Shown here piece after piece: positions 9,901 to 18,607 of a stretch of DNA of 64,000 nt (the first letter of the stretch is position 1; each line of letters opens with the position of its first letter). The translations under genes and the position numbers were made by a program. The DNA comes from a virus. Where the stretch lies: IMG/VR virus record IMGVR_UViG_3300020156_000004, positions 1 to 64,000 of that record. One strand, written 5' to 3'. Below the pieces are notes generated by a model. That model searched no databases and was not told the origin of the DNA. It worked only from the letters and a program-made list of their open reading frames with translations.

Positions 9901-11845
9901 ATTCAATCAGAATTACTTCTTCCATACCGGATTTGAAGGATTACGTTGGGGTATTTGGGCAGAGAACGCAGACTTTAACTATTGGATAGGTGGTAGATGG
10001 GAAGGTGGAGCAGTTACCAATAAAATATATCTTAGAGAAAGCACTGCTGCCAACCCAGCCACTAATACTGCTATAGGTGAGAATGCCTATGCAAACTCCC
10101 TCATCGGCTTCAAGATGAGTGAGAGTTACTTTACACAAGGGGGATTCGGAATAGGAACCTCTCTGAGTGGAGGAGTAATGTTAGAAGCCGATGGTAATAT
10201 AACTGGTAATATAACATTACCTAATTCTACCGGATTACTTACCAGCATAGCGGGGGATGATTCACCTTCTGCCTTTGAAAATAGTACCCATAATATGATT
10301 ACCTTGGGAGGCTTTACCACTACAGCCACTACCCATACTAATCATAATTATAGGTATGCAATGCACTATAAGAGGCATGGCTATTTCTCTGATCTTTACG
10401 TACCATTCGAGTTACTCGCTACAACTGTATCATCCAATTACACGGTTGCAGATACCGTAAATGACGTTGTTGTTACTGCTGCCGCTAATGTTGCTTTACC
10501 CGGACCAACCAATTGGCAAAGAAGAAAGATTACGGTTAGATCGGGTCTAACCTCAGGGACTGATGGAGTAACAGTATCAGGTTCAATTAAGTCAGGGGAT
10601 TTTACCGCTATACCCGGAGGAGCTGCGGTAACATACGAAGCAATAGGTTCAGAATGGGTAGCTGTTTCTAGCTTGGGTACCAGCCTAAGTGGAGGTGGAG
10701 GCGGTGGAGATAATGGAGATATAAGTATTGGGGCTTTCTCATTAACAGGAAATGCCAATGGCTTATCTAATAACCCAACCTTAGTTCTCCACGGTGCAAC
10801 CCGAACTACTCCAGGCGGAATCGCTGCTGAATACCAGGTAATAGGGGGAACCAAGAGAATTGAAAACTCGACTGGAGGCCTAACCCATGCTATTGAACTG
10901 GGAATAGGGGATGGAAACTCAGAGATAGAAATTGCCAGGGCAGGAACAACCGGTAATGCCTGGGTATCCTTTCAAAATGCCGCTGCTTCGGGTTCAACAC
11001 AACAATGGAATATGGGTATGGCAACTGGTACCAGTACCTTTGCTATTAGAAATGCCCAATCAGCTTCCAATGTGTTTAGCATATCCGCTTCTAATGGAAA
11101 CATATCAGTAGGCTCTGCTGCTCCAGGTACGGATAAGTTAACAGTGAATGGTACGGGTAAATTTACCAGCACCCTTAAATTAGCAAAAGGAACCAATGCA
11201 GTACCCCCATTATTATTTGACCCAACTTCAGATGCTTCCCTGACCGTAACCCAACCAGGAGCAATGGAGTTTGATGGTGAGAACTTCTTCCTGAGCTCAG
11301 TTCTTTCCGGTGCGAATGTTAAACAAACCATCTTAACCAACTCCAATGATGTAGATATTACCGGAGATAAAACATGGATGGCAAACCCAATTACTCCGGG
11401 TAAAATTCATGGAACCTCTACAGAACCAGGAATGGTATTAACCACTCTTGGAAATGTAACAGGAGCACATTGGGCTAGGAATGAGGGAGGCTTCTTATTA
11501 TTCGCAGAAACTACCGCTCAGACTTCGGCAGAGAACCTTGCTACTGTAACTCTACCGGCTAACAAAGGTATGGAGGTAGAAGTGATTGTGATAGGTAAAA
11601 GATCAGATAATACGAACCTATGGAGAGAACATCGTATTATAGGATATGCAACAACAGCCTCAACCTCCGCAGTAAAAACCTCTACCGTAGTATCAGCCCA
11701 TACTTCGGATTTCACACCCGCTGCCGGGGTATCATATAGCACCGGTGGGGGATTAACATTCACGGTTTCAGTAAGCTCTGCCGGAACAGAGAGTGTACAA
11801 TGGACCGCATATATCAAGGTTAGACCAACATTCACCCTAGAATAA
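6941..11845 (+). CDS. giant tail fibre/tailspike-like protein with N-terminal signal peptide and a pectate-lyase-like beta-helix region
   Basis: The track ORF starts at 6887, inside the terminator. The ATG at 6941 gives MKYLLIFLISLTTCFGGYA|Q. There is one HxH fibre motif (NHTHPISSVQGLQ) and two YFT-x-ARAR-x-AIS modules. LNALWFGMVPGLSDGTTRANNVAAFNAMV at about 9.2 kb resembles the start of depolymerase beta-helix domains. Confidence 0.6.
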   Translation: MKYLLIFLISLTTCFGGYAQFNSFQEIKDYNDQNITTNGTKAITGSKLNLALNGGFKFFHDNYFKKAETDARFAFKNHTHPISSVQGLQDTNTNLRTDIEWLKANLEVGGAANISGDVNTILYRTADGAAGNSKLGFDPANHTLRLGNAFNSFNGTPASDRWIMSIGELNTYDAGTEAAIIVGYNNVSKVSRGAIFGSNNTANGSASGVDLDNSFIAGEGNNIQWRYSFAMGLQNQPGYQGLALGTWNQSTIGLGNSGTNHMLGNYLTSKYPNSVITGVSNNLTEIDARIGNVDSVAFAVGAGTDASNRKTAILVARGGERIWFPQLADAGNDTTVLALDENGMLITKTATGVAGESPLTFQAPLNRVGNEIGINVVGVDNGVITPTMKTTWDGKQDAITWANVTAASNKVTLGGTPTGSVKSAFSIDINESNLTLNNIGGVLGVAKGGLGSLTLTGNGGKYVKVNSGGTGFELATVSGAGIQSVVAGDNVTIDNTDPANPIINATAAESAVTSLFGRVGDVVAVSGDYNTSQVTENTNLYFTDARARAAISVTAPLTYNPGTGALGMTASSTGVAGYLTSADRATLFAKEPAITATTAFDYYRGDKTFATLNTAAVPESGANQYFTNARARGAISLTTTGTSGAASYNSSTGVLNIPQYSGGGVQTVTAGTNISITGTSTNPVINATGSSGNAVNITLAGLDACTPCQTTLPFYITDANKEGYFRYAGTVANQTTDNGVTRVVSADLKAYDRVYDGTLNALWFGMVPGLSDGTTRANNVAAFNAMVAVATDEQWMKIPKVEGKDYYTSGPLVMNSESKKYRLRIEATIISAGDGVIMEGFGHQLESLGEILGPNSGASDSASFAAYTNDGLYFRNCDKCEARVFRVREFKNGVVFAGESTANPQGTQYCKLWYTQIRGNYRQIYITTRGTTGSTGGTAQSGNWSNSNIVYGGQVGGGLTEAGGTFGIVIKREPSSNQGFNSGGGNPFNQNYFFHTGFEGLRWGIWAENADFNYWIGGRWEGGAVTNKIYLRESTAANPATNTAIGENAYANSLIGFKMSESYFTQGGFGIGTSLSGGVMLEADGNITGNITLPNSTGLLTSIAGDDSPSAFENSTHNMITLGGFTTTATTHTNHNYRYAMHYKRHGYFSDLYVPFELLATTVSSNYTVADTVNDVVVTAAANVALPGPTNWQRRKITVRSGLTSGTDGVTVSGSIKSGDFTAIPGGAAVTYEAIGSEWVAVSSLGTSLSGGGGGGDNGDISIGAFSLTGNANGLSNNPTLVLHGATRTTPGGIAAEYQVIGGTKRIENSTGGLTHAIELGIGDGNSEIEIARAGTTGNAWVSFQNAAASGSTQQWNMGMATGTSTFAIRNAQSASNVFSISASNGNISVGSAAPGTDKLTVNGTGKFTSTLKLAKGTNAVPPLLFDPTSDASLTVTQPGAMEFDGENFFLSSVLSGANVKQTILTNSNDVDITGDKTWMANPITPGKIHGTSTEPGMVLTTLGNVTGAHWARNEGGFLLFAETTAQTSAENLATVTLPANKGMEVEVIVIGKRSDNTNLWREHRIIGYATTASTSAVKTSTVVSAHTSDFTPAAGVSYSTGGGLTFTVSVSSAGTESVQWTAYIKVRPTFTLE

Positions 11846-11853
11846 TATTAACT

Positions 11854-12831
11854 ATGAAAAGAATACTTATATTTCTGATTCTGGCCCTCCCCTTTGTGGG
11901 GGGAGCCCAGACTGCGGCATGGACCGCTAAAACAATTCCTGGTTCTTATACCAAAGCCTATGGATGCGCTAATGGAGGTTTTCAGGTAGCCTTCATGGAG
12001 GTAATGCACCAATTCGTAAAGGATGAAAGAGCCTCTAATAAGGTAGGTAAACGGAAGTTTCCCCTAATCATTTTCCTTCATGGAATAGGGGAGCGTAGTG
12101 GGAGTGCAACGTCAGCAAGGGGAAATCCAGCAACGTTAGCCGATCTATTCACTACGAACTTAATGAGTGGATTACAATATACCACTTCATCCCTATATGT
12201 ATATACTTTTAAAAATCCAGATGGAAGTCGAGAATACCCGATATGGTGGGCTCCACAATGTTGGGGTGGACATAGCTTTTTCTACCCTACTTATATCGAG
12301 GCCATGCTTGACTACGCTGAGGATGAATACTCGGATATAATCGACTTTGATAGGGTATATTTAACTGGGTTATCTTTTGGAGGGGGTGGTACAATGATTG
12401 CTGCTCAATATCACCCAGTATCAAGAAGGTTAACTGCTATTGCTCCTAACGTATCTGGGTATTATACTTATAATACTGGAACCTCATGCCAATTTCCTGA
12501 CCATCTAAATTTTGCTGAAATCAAGGCTAATAAGATTCCGGTATTTGCAAATCATGACCAAGCCGATGCAACTACCGGAGGTTCCGGAGTTACAGATAAT
12601 TTTGTTAGAAGGCTCCTTGAAGTTAAGCATAGTTCTCCCATTATATACACTGCCTTTAATAATTCACCCATGACTGACGACCATAGGATTTGGAATTATA
12701 TGTACAGTACCGGAAACTGGAATACCCAATTTACCCTAAGAAACGGAACCACCCATTACTTTGGGGGAACCAATGGAAAGAACTTCGTTGATTGGTTTTT
12801 ACAATTCAGTAGACCTCCACGCCCCGAATAG
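11854..12831 (+). CDS. secreted alpha/beta-hydrolase (esterase-like)
   Basis: Signal peptide MKRILIFLILALPFVGGA|Q, an oxyanion-region-like FLHGIGERSG, and a nucleophile elbow G-L-S-F-G-G (GxSxG). Confidence 0.6.
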   Translation: MKRILIFLILALPFVGGAQTAAWTAKTIPGSYTKAYGCANGGFQVAFMEVMHQFVKDERASNKVGKRKFPLIIFLHGIGERSGSATSARGNPATLADLFTTNLMSGLQYTTSSLYVYTFKNPDGSREYPIWWAPQCWGGHSFFYPTYIEAMLDYAEDEYSDIIDFDRVYLTGLSFGGGGTMIAAQYHPVSRRLTAIAPNVSGYYTYNTGTSCQFPDHLNFAEIKANKIPVFANHDQADATTGGSGVTDNFVRRLLEVKHSSPIIYTAFNNSPMTDDHRIWNYMYSTGNWNTQFTLRNGTTHYFGGTNGKNFVDWFLQFSRPPRPE

Positions 12832-12878
12832 GCATCCTTGCATACGACACTGAATCCATATTAATAAACTTTTCATTT

Positions 12879-13358
12879 ATGGCAAATATTAAATTAAAAT
12901 TGGGGCCTAATGCTCGTAACTTCTCAAGTGCACTGAGCAATTTTTCAATCTCTGGCAATCAGGTAAAAGAACTTGATAAGGGTCTATACATCAGGGATGG
13001 CCTGATTCAGGATGCAGTTAAAGGAGGCCATCTTCAAATTGTAGAGGATGAGATTAAAGAGGACCTGGGGAGTTTGGAGCAAGATGATGATGATACCTCT
13101 ACCGATTATACCCAGGACACGGGGGATGATGATACCGAAGATGATGATACCGAAGATACCGAAGATGATGAGGAAGACGAAGATACCGAAGATGATGAGG
13201 AAGACGAAGATACCGATGATGAGGAAGAAGGCCCTGAAACTAAATCGGAGTTCATTGATGCCTTGAAAGAACTTCCTCTTAGCAATAAGGATAAGAAAGA
13301 CCTGGCTAAAAAAGACCTCAAAGAATTACAAGCTCTGTACGCTAAATACAAAAAATAA
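12879..13358 (+). CDS. highly acidic protein (central D/E/T-rich tract)
   Basis: 159 aa ORF. The central roughly 60 aa are almost entirely D/E/T. The flanks are ordinary and the C-terminus is helical and K-rich. Confidence 0.6.
   Translation: MANIKLKLGPNARNFSSALSNFSISGNQVKELDKGLYIRDGLIQDAVKGGHLQIVEDEIKEDLGSLEQDDDDTSTDYTQDTGDDDTEDDDTEDTEDDEEDEDTEDDEEDEDTDDEEEGPETKSEFIDALKELPLSNKDKKDLAKKDLKELQALYAKYKK
13155..13230 (+). repeat. 27-nt tandem repeat (about 2.8 copies) inside the acidic gene
   Basis: gataccgaagatgatgaggaagacgaa is identical at 13155-13181 and 13182-13208. A third copy follows with a 3-nt deletion and a variant 3' end. The unit encodes DTEDDEEDE. Confidence 0.9.
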
Positions 13359-14074
13359 TGGCAATTCCAACAGCAGCTTTCACCTTTACTGACTCACTGG
13401 ATAGAACCGTCACCTTCAAGGACGGTTCTTCTGGTAGTCCGACCTCCTGGAGTTGGGACTTCGGGGATAGCTCCTCATCCACAGACCAGAATCCCGCTGC
13501 CCATGTTTATGCAGCTGATGGGGTATATAAGGTGAAGCTTACCTCAACCAATGTAGATGGCTCCACATCCTTTGAATATGAAATCGTGGTAGTAAACGGA
13601 ATGTTAGTGATTGGGTCAATAGCCCAATTAGTGAAAGATGAATTACCCACGGGAGTAACCATATCCGATATGGCTATCCAAAATGCCATGAGGAACTGGA
13701 TGGTTATTATGAAGGATGCGGACAAATTAGAAGATGCTGACCAATTCAATCAGGCTAAATACCGCCCTGTAACCCGACTCCTTATAGCCCGATTAATAAT
13801 CTATGAAAAGATTGTTCAACAGGCTCAGGGGGGATTGGTTCAAATGGGGGGTTCAAATGCCGGAGGTTTAAAAGCCGTAGAGATAGGACCGGCAAGAACC
13901 GAATGGTATAATGAAAGTGAGAGTTGGAAATCAGCACTCCAAACTGGGGGCTCAGTAGAATTATTGACCTCATCATTATGTGGATTAGCCGGAGAAGTAG
14001 GCATCCATCTTCCTATGTGTAGAAAAACCAAACACGTTCTATTACCTAAAGTATATTACCCATGCCGTCGTTAA
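13358..14074 (+). CDS. PKD-domain protein (N-terminal PKD/Ig-like fold, C-terminal connector-like region)
   Basis: FTFTDSLDRTVTFKDGSSGSPTSWSWDFGDSSSSTDQNPAAHVYAADGVYKVKLTSTNVDG matches the PKD domain consensus (WxWDFGDG...NPxHxY..G.Y.V.L). Confidence 0.7.
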   Translation: MAIPTAAFTFTDSLDRTVTFKDGSSGSPTSWSWDFGDSSSSTDQNPAAHVYAADGVYKVKLTSTNVDGSTSFEYEIVVVNGMLVIGSIAQLVKDELPTGVTISDMAIQNAMRNWMVIMKDADKLEDADQFNQAKYRPVTRLLIARLIIYEKIVQQAQGGLVQMGGSNAGGLKAVEIGPARTEWYNESESWKSALQTGGSVELLTSSLCGLAGEVGIHLPMCRKTKHVLLPKVYYPCRR

Positions 14075-14511
14075 TTAATGGTGTAGAATGGGCAGCCTTC
14101 AAACAATCCCAGGCCAATATATGGGACACCTTCGGACTCAGGACAATGACTTGGGTAAGAAGGACCAAGAATGTGGGTAGATTCAATGAGGGAGACTTTA
14201 CTTCTACAACTGAAACCCTAAGGTTTATTGCTCATCATAATATCCTGAGAACCTGGCCCATTGATTATAATACAGAATCCGGGGAATTGGATAGGCAAAC
14301 TGTTCAGGTATATATCTTCAAACAATATCTGGCCGATCTGGGTTTCATTGATGGCAATGGTAAATTCATTTATAACCGGGATATAGACCGATTCATCATA
14401 GATGGTGAAACCTACGAACCCGAAGGAGATACCCCAGCTGCCCAGGCAGGAATAGAAGATTTATGGTTCACTATGGTTCTTAAAAGAGATAATAAACCAA
14501 CCAGTGGCTAA
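14062..14511 (+). CDS. head-tail joining/head-closure-like protein
   Basis: 149 aa ORF. The call rests on position and the C-terminal pattern DRFIIDGETYEPEG...LWFTMVLKR, typical of small head-tail adaptors. Confidence 0.4.
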   Translation: MPSLINGVEWAAFKQSQANIWDTFGLRTMTWVRRTKNVGRFNEGDFTSTTETLRFIAHHNILRTWPIDYNTESGELDRQTVQVYIFKQYLADLGFIDGNGKFIYNRDIDRFIIDGETYEPEGDTPAAQAGIEDLWFTMVLKRDNKPTSG

Positions 14512-15106
14512 TTCATTAAAACAATCGCAATTAAGAAGAGCCGGAAGGAATGAGGAAGGAGACTATGCCGGATATGCTATGCGATTCCGGTTGGTTGGGG
14601 AATGGAAAAGAACTATGGATGTTATCCAGAGACTACCCAACTCCATGAAAGAATCTTCCCTGAATGCCCAGATGAAACTTGGGGAAGAGGTAATAAAGAG
14701 AGTAAAAGCTCACCTTCGCAAACAGGACTTACCTTGGCCTCCTTTACATTCAGATACCCAGGCTAAGAAATCAAGAGCAGATTTAGACCCAAGGGCTTTG
14801 ATTGCCTATGGTAGTTATTACCATAATATCAAGGTATGGAGGGTAGGTTCACAGAAGACTGTACTGATTGGAGTGAAACCGGGAATATACACCCGGACTT
14901 ACATGGGTAAGAGATCAAAGATAGACATTGCTCGAATCGCCGCTATCCATGAGTTTTCATCCGGTAAGAGAGTTCCTAAGAGACCTCTATGGAATCCTAC
15001 AATAAGAGAAATGGGTGGAGCCCAAGGTTTCAAAGACCAATTTTTAAAATCATTCAAAGCCTATTTAAGAAGGGCTGGTATACCCTTTAAACACCTTAAA
15101 TTATGA
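14504..15106 (+). CDS. HK97 gp10-like neck/tail-completion protein
   Basis: IHEFSSGKRVPKRPLWNPT resembles the EFG-x(3-5)-P-x-RPF-x-P motif of the HK97 gp10 family. Its ends overlap the neighbouring genes. Confidence 0.45.
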   Translation: MANSLKQSQLRRAGRNEEGDYAGYAMRFRLVGEWKRTMDVIQRLPNSMKESSLNAQMKLGEEVIKRVKAHLRKQDLPWPPLHSDTQAKKSRADLDPRALIAYGSYYHNIKVWRVGSQKTVLIGVKPGIYTRTYMGKRSKIDIARIAAIHEFSSGKRVPKRPLWNPTIREMGGAQGFKDQFLKSFKAYLRRAGIPFKHLKL

Positions 15107-16062
15107 TTAATCAAGATGAGCTGATACAAACTCTAATCGAAAGGTCTTTAGAGGATGCACTTAGGGCTGAGTTAGTAGCTGAAGGATACTTACCCGACTA
15201 TACGATCTATACTACTGATGCTGCATGGAAAACCCAATTAAATGTTATACGGGGAACTCACGGATTTGCTATTGAGGTTTTTGGGCATAGCAACTCACAA
15301 GATAAGGGAACTAAACAGGTTCCCCGTTTCGTATTTATCCCCGGCAAAACAGTGCCCGGGGATGTTGGTTTAGAGTTCTCCCCGGTATACGAGCAGGTAA
15401 AAACTGGAGAAACAATAGATCATTGGATTAAGAATAGAATACCCTATGAGACCGCTAACTTCCAATTTGAACTCCACATAGTTTGTGAGAGTGCGAAGCA
15501 GCATAGAATAATGCACCATATTTATAACAAGGTAATAGGTGCCCGGAGATTCATGAAACTTTATAATGACCCGACACAATTATTCTTTCAAGAACAAATA
15601 GGCTTCTATGATCAACCCGACACGATTGATGGAATTACAGAGGTCGTCTACCAACACGAGGTTAAAGACCTTTATGCACATGCTCCAATTGCCCTTGGTA
15701 CGATTGCTAAAATCACGGAGATCAACCTCGAGATTACCCCTATGGGATTGGCCCGGTTACTTGAGAACGGCACCCTCACGGAAGAAGCTCCATTTGAAGT
15801 TCACACCCTTAAAGTAGACCCACACATGATGGTAGAAAGATTCTATACCCATACCGGGGCTGATAGTGATACCTCCGGAGTTATTGCCAACTTATCGACG
15901 GCGGCATTCGTAGGAATAGAAAGGGGAACTAAACCTATAAAGAGGTATACCGGAGTTGGAGCTCCACCCATAGGTCAATATAAGATCAACAATGATAATA
16001 CCCTGACCATTAACCCCATAATGAGGACGGGAGAAGAATTACATTTACTCATGCAAATATAA
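15103..16062 (+). CDS. hypothetical virion (neck/tail terminator region) protein
   Basis: 319 aa ORF whose start overlaps the stop of the upstream gene. No motif recognised. Confidence 0.5.
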   Translation: MINQDELIQTLIERSLEDALRAELVAEGYLPDYTIYTTDAAWKTQLNVIRGTHGFAIEVFGHSNSQDKGTKQVPRFVFIPGKTVPGDVGLEFSPVYEQVKTGETIDHWIKNRIPYETANFQFELHIVCESAKQHRIMHHIYNKVIGARRFMKLYNDPTQLFFQEQIGFYDQPDTIDGITEVVYQHEVKDLYAHAPIALGTIAKITEINLEITPMGLARLLENGTLTEEAPFEVHTLKVDPHMMVERFYTHTGADSDTSGVIANLSTAAFVGIERGTKPIKRYTGVGAPPIGQYKINNDNTLTINPIMRTGEELHLLMQI

Positions 16063-16069
16063 CCCAGAA

Positions 16070-18607
16070 ATGAAAAGGATTTTACTGATATTCTTCTTAG
16101 GATTAATCTATACATTTGGGCATGCCCAGGTCCCTCTAGTTCAACGATTAGGACAAGATACGTTAATCATTGAAGGAAACGGATATAAGGACACTACGAA
16201 TGTCTATATGTTCATTCAGGGTTACCAGGATTCTAATACAGTCTTGGCAAATCTAGGGAATGGACGATTGGCATTTATGTCAATGGCCGGGGGTGGACCT
16301 CATACACATACCATAGGACAGGTTACTGGATTGCAAACCGCCTTAGATGGGAAGGCCTCAACAGGACACAACCATAATGGAGTATACTCCCCGGTAGGTC
16401 ATGGCCATGCTGTATCAGATATAACCAATCTCCAAACCCTATTGGACGGTAAAGCCGCAACTTCCCATACTCATGGCCAAGGAGACATAACAAACCTTAT
16501 TGCTGATTTATCAGAGAAAGCCGATGCAGACCACAATCATGACGGATTCTATTCTTTAATTAACCATGACCATAATTCATTATATGCTGCCCTTAATCAC
16601 AATCATGATGCAGCATATGCCGCATTAAACCATAACCACAATTCTCTCTATGCGATCATAGCCCATCATCATGACACGGTATATGCTGCCATAGATCATG
16701 ACCACGATGGAGTATATCAACCCGCTGGCTCTTATGCTGCTTCAAGCCATGGACATGCTATTTCTGAAATCACAAACCTTCAAACAACTCTTGATGGTAA
16801 GGCGGCATCCAACCACAATCACGATGCTGCGTATTCGGCTATAAACCATAATCATGATGCTGATTACTCGGATATAAACCATAACCACAACTCCGATTAC
16901 TTAGATATTGATGCCACTACTTCGGATATTGAAGAAGGAACAAATCAATATTTCACACAGGCCAGAGCAAGAGGAGCTATTTCTTTAACGACTACCGGAA
17001 GTGGAGCTGCAACATATAACTCTACCACGGGAGTCCTGAACATTCCTATTGCAGGCTCAGGTGGAAGTGAATCAACGGCATGGGGTAATATCCCAGGTAC
17101 TCTATCAGACCAGACCGATCTTCAAACCGCATTGGATGGAAAATCGGATGTAGGCCATGACCACGATGCGGATTATGCTGCAATAGATCATAACCATGAT
17201 GCCGCTTATTCTGCAATAGGTCATAATCACAATGGGGTATATGCTACTGTCAGCCACTCCCATGCAATATCTGATGTAACCAACTTACAAACTACATTAG
17301 ATGGTAAAGCATCATCTACCCATAACCATGATGGAACTTATCAACCCGATGATGCAGACCTAGACATATATGCAGGGATTACCGCGGGAACCGCTATTCA
17401 AAGCCTATTGGATTTAGATAATCCCTCAGCCATAAGATTCATTAGGATTGAATCAAATAACACAGCTTCTTTTAGAACTACCGCCCAGGTATTATCAGAC
17501 ATAGGTGCCGCAGCCTCTGGACATAACCATGATGCTACTTATGCAGCTATAAGCCATAGCCATGCAATAAGTGATGTTACAAACTTACAAACTACATTAG
17601 ATGGAAAGGCCAGTACATCACATAATCACGACGGAGCTTATTCTGCTATAGGCCATAATCACGATGCTGATTATCTGGATATTGCCGCATCCACTTCTGA
17701 TATTGAGGAAGGAACAAATCTATACTTTACTAATGAAAGAGCCCAGGATGCACTTGCCGCAGCAATAGCCGCAGGAACTCATGACGGTATAGACATAACT
17801 TATAATGATGTTAGTAATACCCTATCCTTTGATGTAACAGTATCAGGTGGAAGTGAGTCTACCGCTTGGGGAAACATACCTGGAACCCTGAGTGACCAAA
17901 CAGATTTACAAACTGCATTGGATGGAAAGGCATCAACCTCACATAACCATGACGCAGCATACTCTGCTATAGGACACAACCATGATGGAACCTATGCAAC
18001 TGCTGGACATAATCATGATGGAGTATACCAACCGGATGATGCAGATTTAGATACCTGGGCTGGAATAACTCCAGGTACCGGAGTAGGAACCTTTCTGGCT
18101 ACCCCATCTTCGGTAAACCTTGCCACCGCAGTAACGGGAGAAACAGGGTCAGGAGCTTTGGTATTTGCAACATCACCAACCTTAACAAACCCAAATCTAG
18201 GAACCCCATCAGCAATTACCCTGACCAACGGAACCGGACTTCCACAATCGGGAGTAACAAATCTAACCACTGACTTGGCTGCGAAGGCTCCTACATCTGT
18301 AACCTGGAATTTTCAAACTGGAACATCTTATACTCTTGTAGGAGCAGATGCCTATAAGATTGTTGATTGTACAAATGCCGCTGCAATAACTTTAACTATT
18401 CCACCCAACGGTACGGAACCCTTTGCAGTAGGTACACAAATTACCATTCGTCAAGGAGGAGCTGGACAGGTAACTATCGCACCAGGAAGTGGAGTAACAT
18501 TGGAAGCCCCAGATAGCAAATTGAAAACAAGAGCTCAATATTCACCCATTACCTTAATTAAAAAAGCAACAAACACATGGGCTATTATGGGAGATACTGC
18601 CTCGTAA
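16070..18607 (+). CDS. tail fibre protein with a large His-x-His repeat array and signal peptide
   Basis: Signal peptide MKRILLIFFLGLIYTFGHA|Q. I count about 26 HxH motifs (GHNHDG, SHSHAI and similar), interspersed with I-S-D-[IV]-T-N-L-Q-T-x-L-D-G-K. It also has YFT-x-ARARGAIS modules. Confidence 0.7.
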   Translation: MKRILLIFFLGLIYTFGHAQVPLVQRLGQDTLIIEGNGYKDTTNVYMFIQGYQDSNTVLANLGNGRLAFMSMAGGGPHTHTIGQVTGLQTALDGKASTGHNHNGVYSPVGHGHAVSDITNLQTLLDGKAATSHTHGQGDITNLIADLSEKADADHNHDGFYSLINHDHNSLYAALNHNHDAAYAALNHNHNSLYAIIAHHHDTVYAAIDHDHDGVYQPAGSYAASSHGHAISEITNLQTTLDGKAASNHNHDAAYSAINHNHDADYSDINHNHNSDYLDIDATTSDIEEGTNQYFTQARARGAISLTTTGSGAATYNSTTGVLNIPIAGSGGSESTAWGNIPGTLSDQTDLQTALDGKSDVGHDHDADYAAIDHNHDAAYSAIGHNHNGVYATVSHSHAISDVTNLQTTLDGKASSTHNHDGTYQPDDADLDIYAGITAGTAIQSLLDLDNPSAIRFIRIESNNTASFRTTAQVLSDIGAAASGHNHDATYAAISHSHAISDVTNLQTTLDGKASTSHNHDGAYSAIGHNHDADYLDIAASTSDIEEGTNLYFTNERAQDALAAAIAAGTHDGIDITYNDVSNTLSFDVTVSGGSESTAWGNIPGTLSDQTDLQTALDGKASTSHNHDAAYSAIGHNHDGTYATAGHNHDGVYQPDDADLDTWAGITPGTGVGTFLATPSSVNLATAVTGETGSGALVFATSPTLTNPNLGTPSAITLTNGTGLPQSGVTNLTTDLAAKAPTSVTWNFQTGTSYTLVGADAYKIVDCTNAAAITLTIPPNGTEPFAVGTQITIRQGGAGQVTIAPGSGVTLEAPDSKLKTRAQYSPITLIKKATNTWAIMGDTAS

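Noticed and set aside
13048-13351. Alternative-frame ORF 13048-13266(+) (M/K/I/P-rich) and antisense poly-Ser ORF 13106-13351(-) over the acidic gene.
   Set aside because: Both are frame artefacts of the GAW-rich repeat. The D/E frame is the one continuous with normal flanking protein sequence and has a start and stop in sensible context.
16300-18050. CRISPR-like periodicity suggested by the regular HxH/ITNLQT repeats.
   Set aside because: The periodicity is at the protein level, inside one continuous ORF. The DNA copies are not identical and have no spacer architecture.
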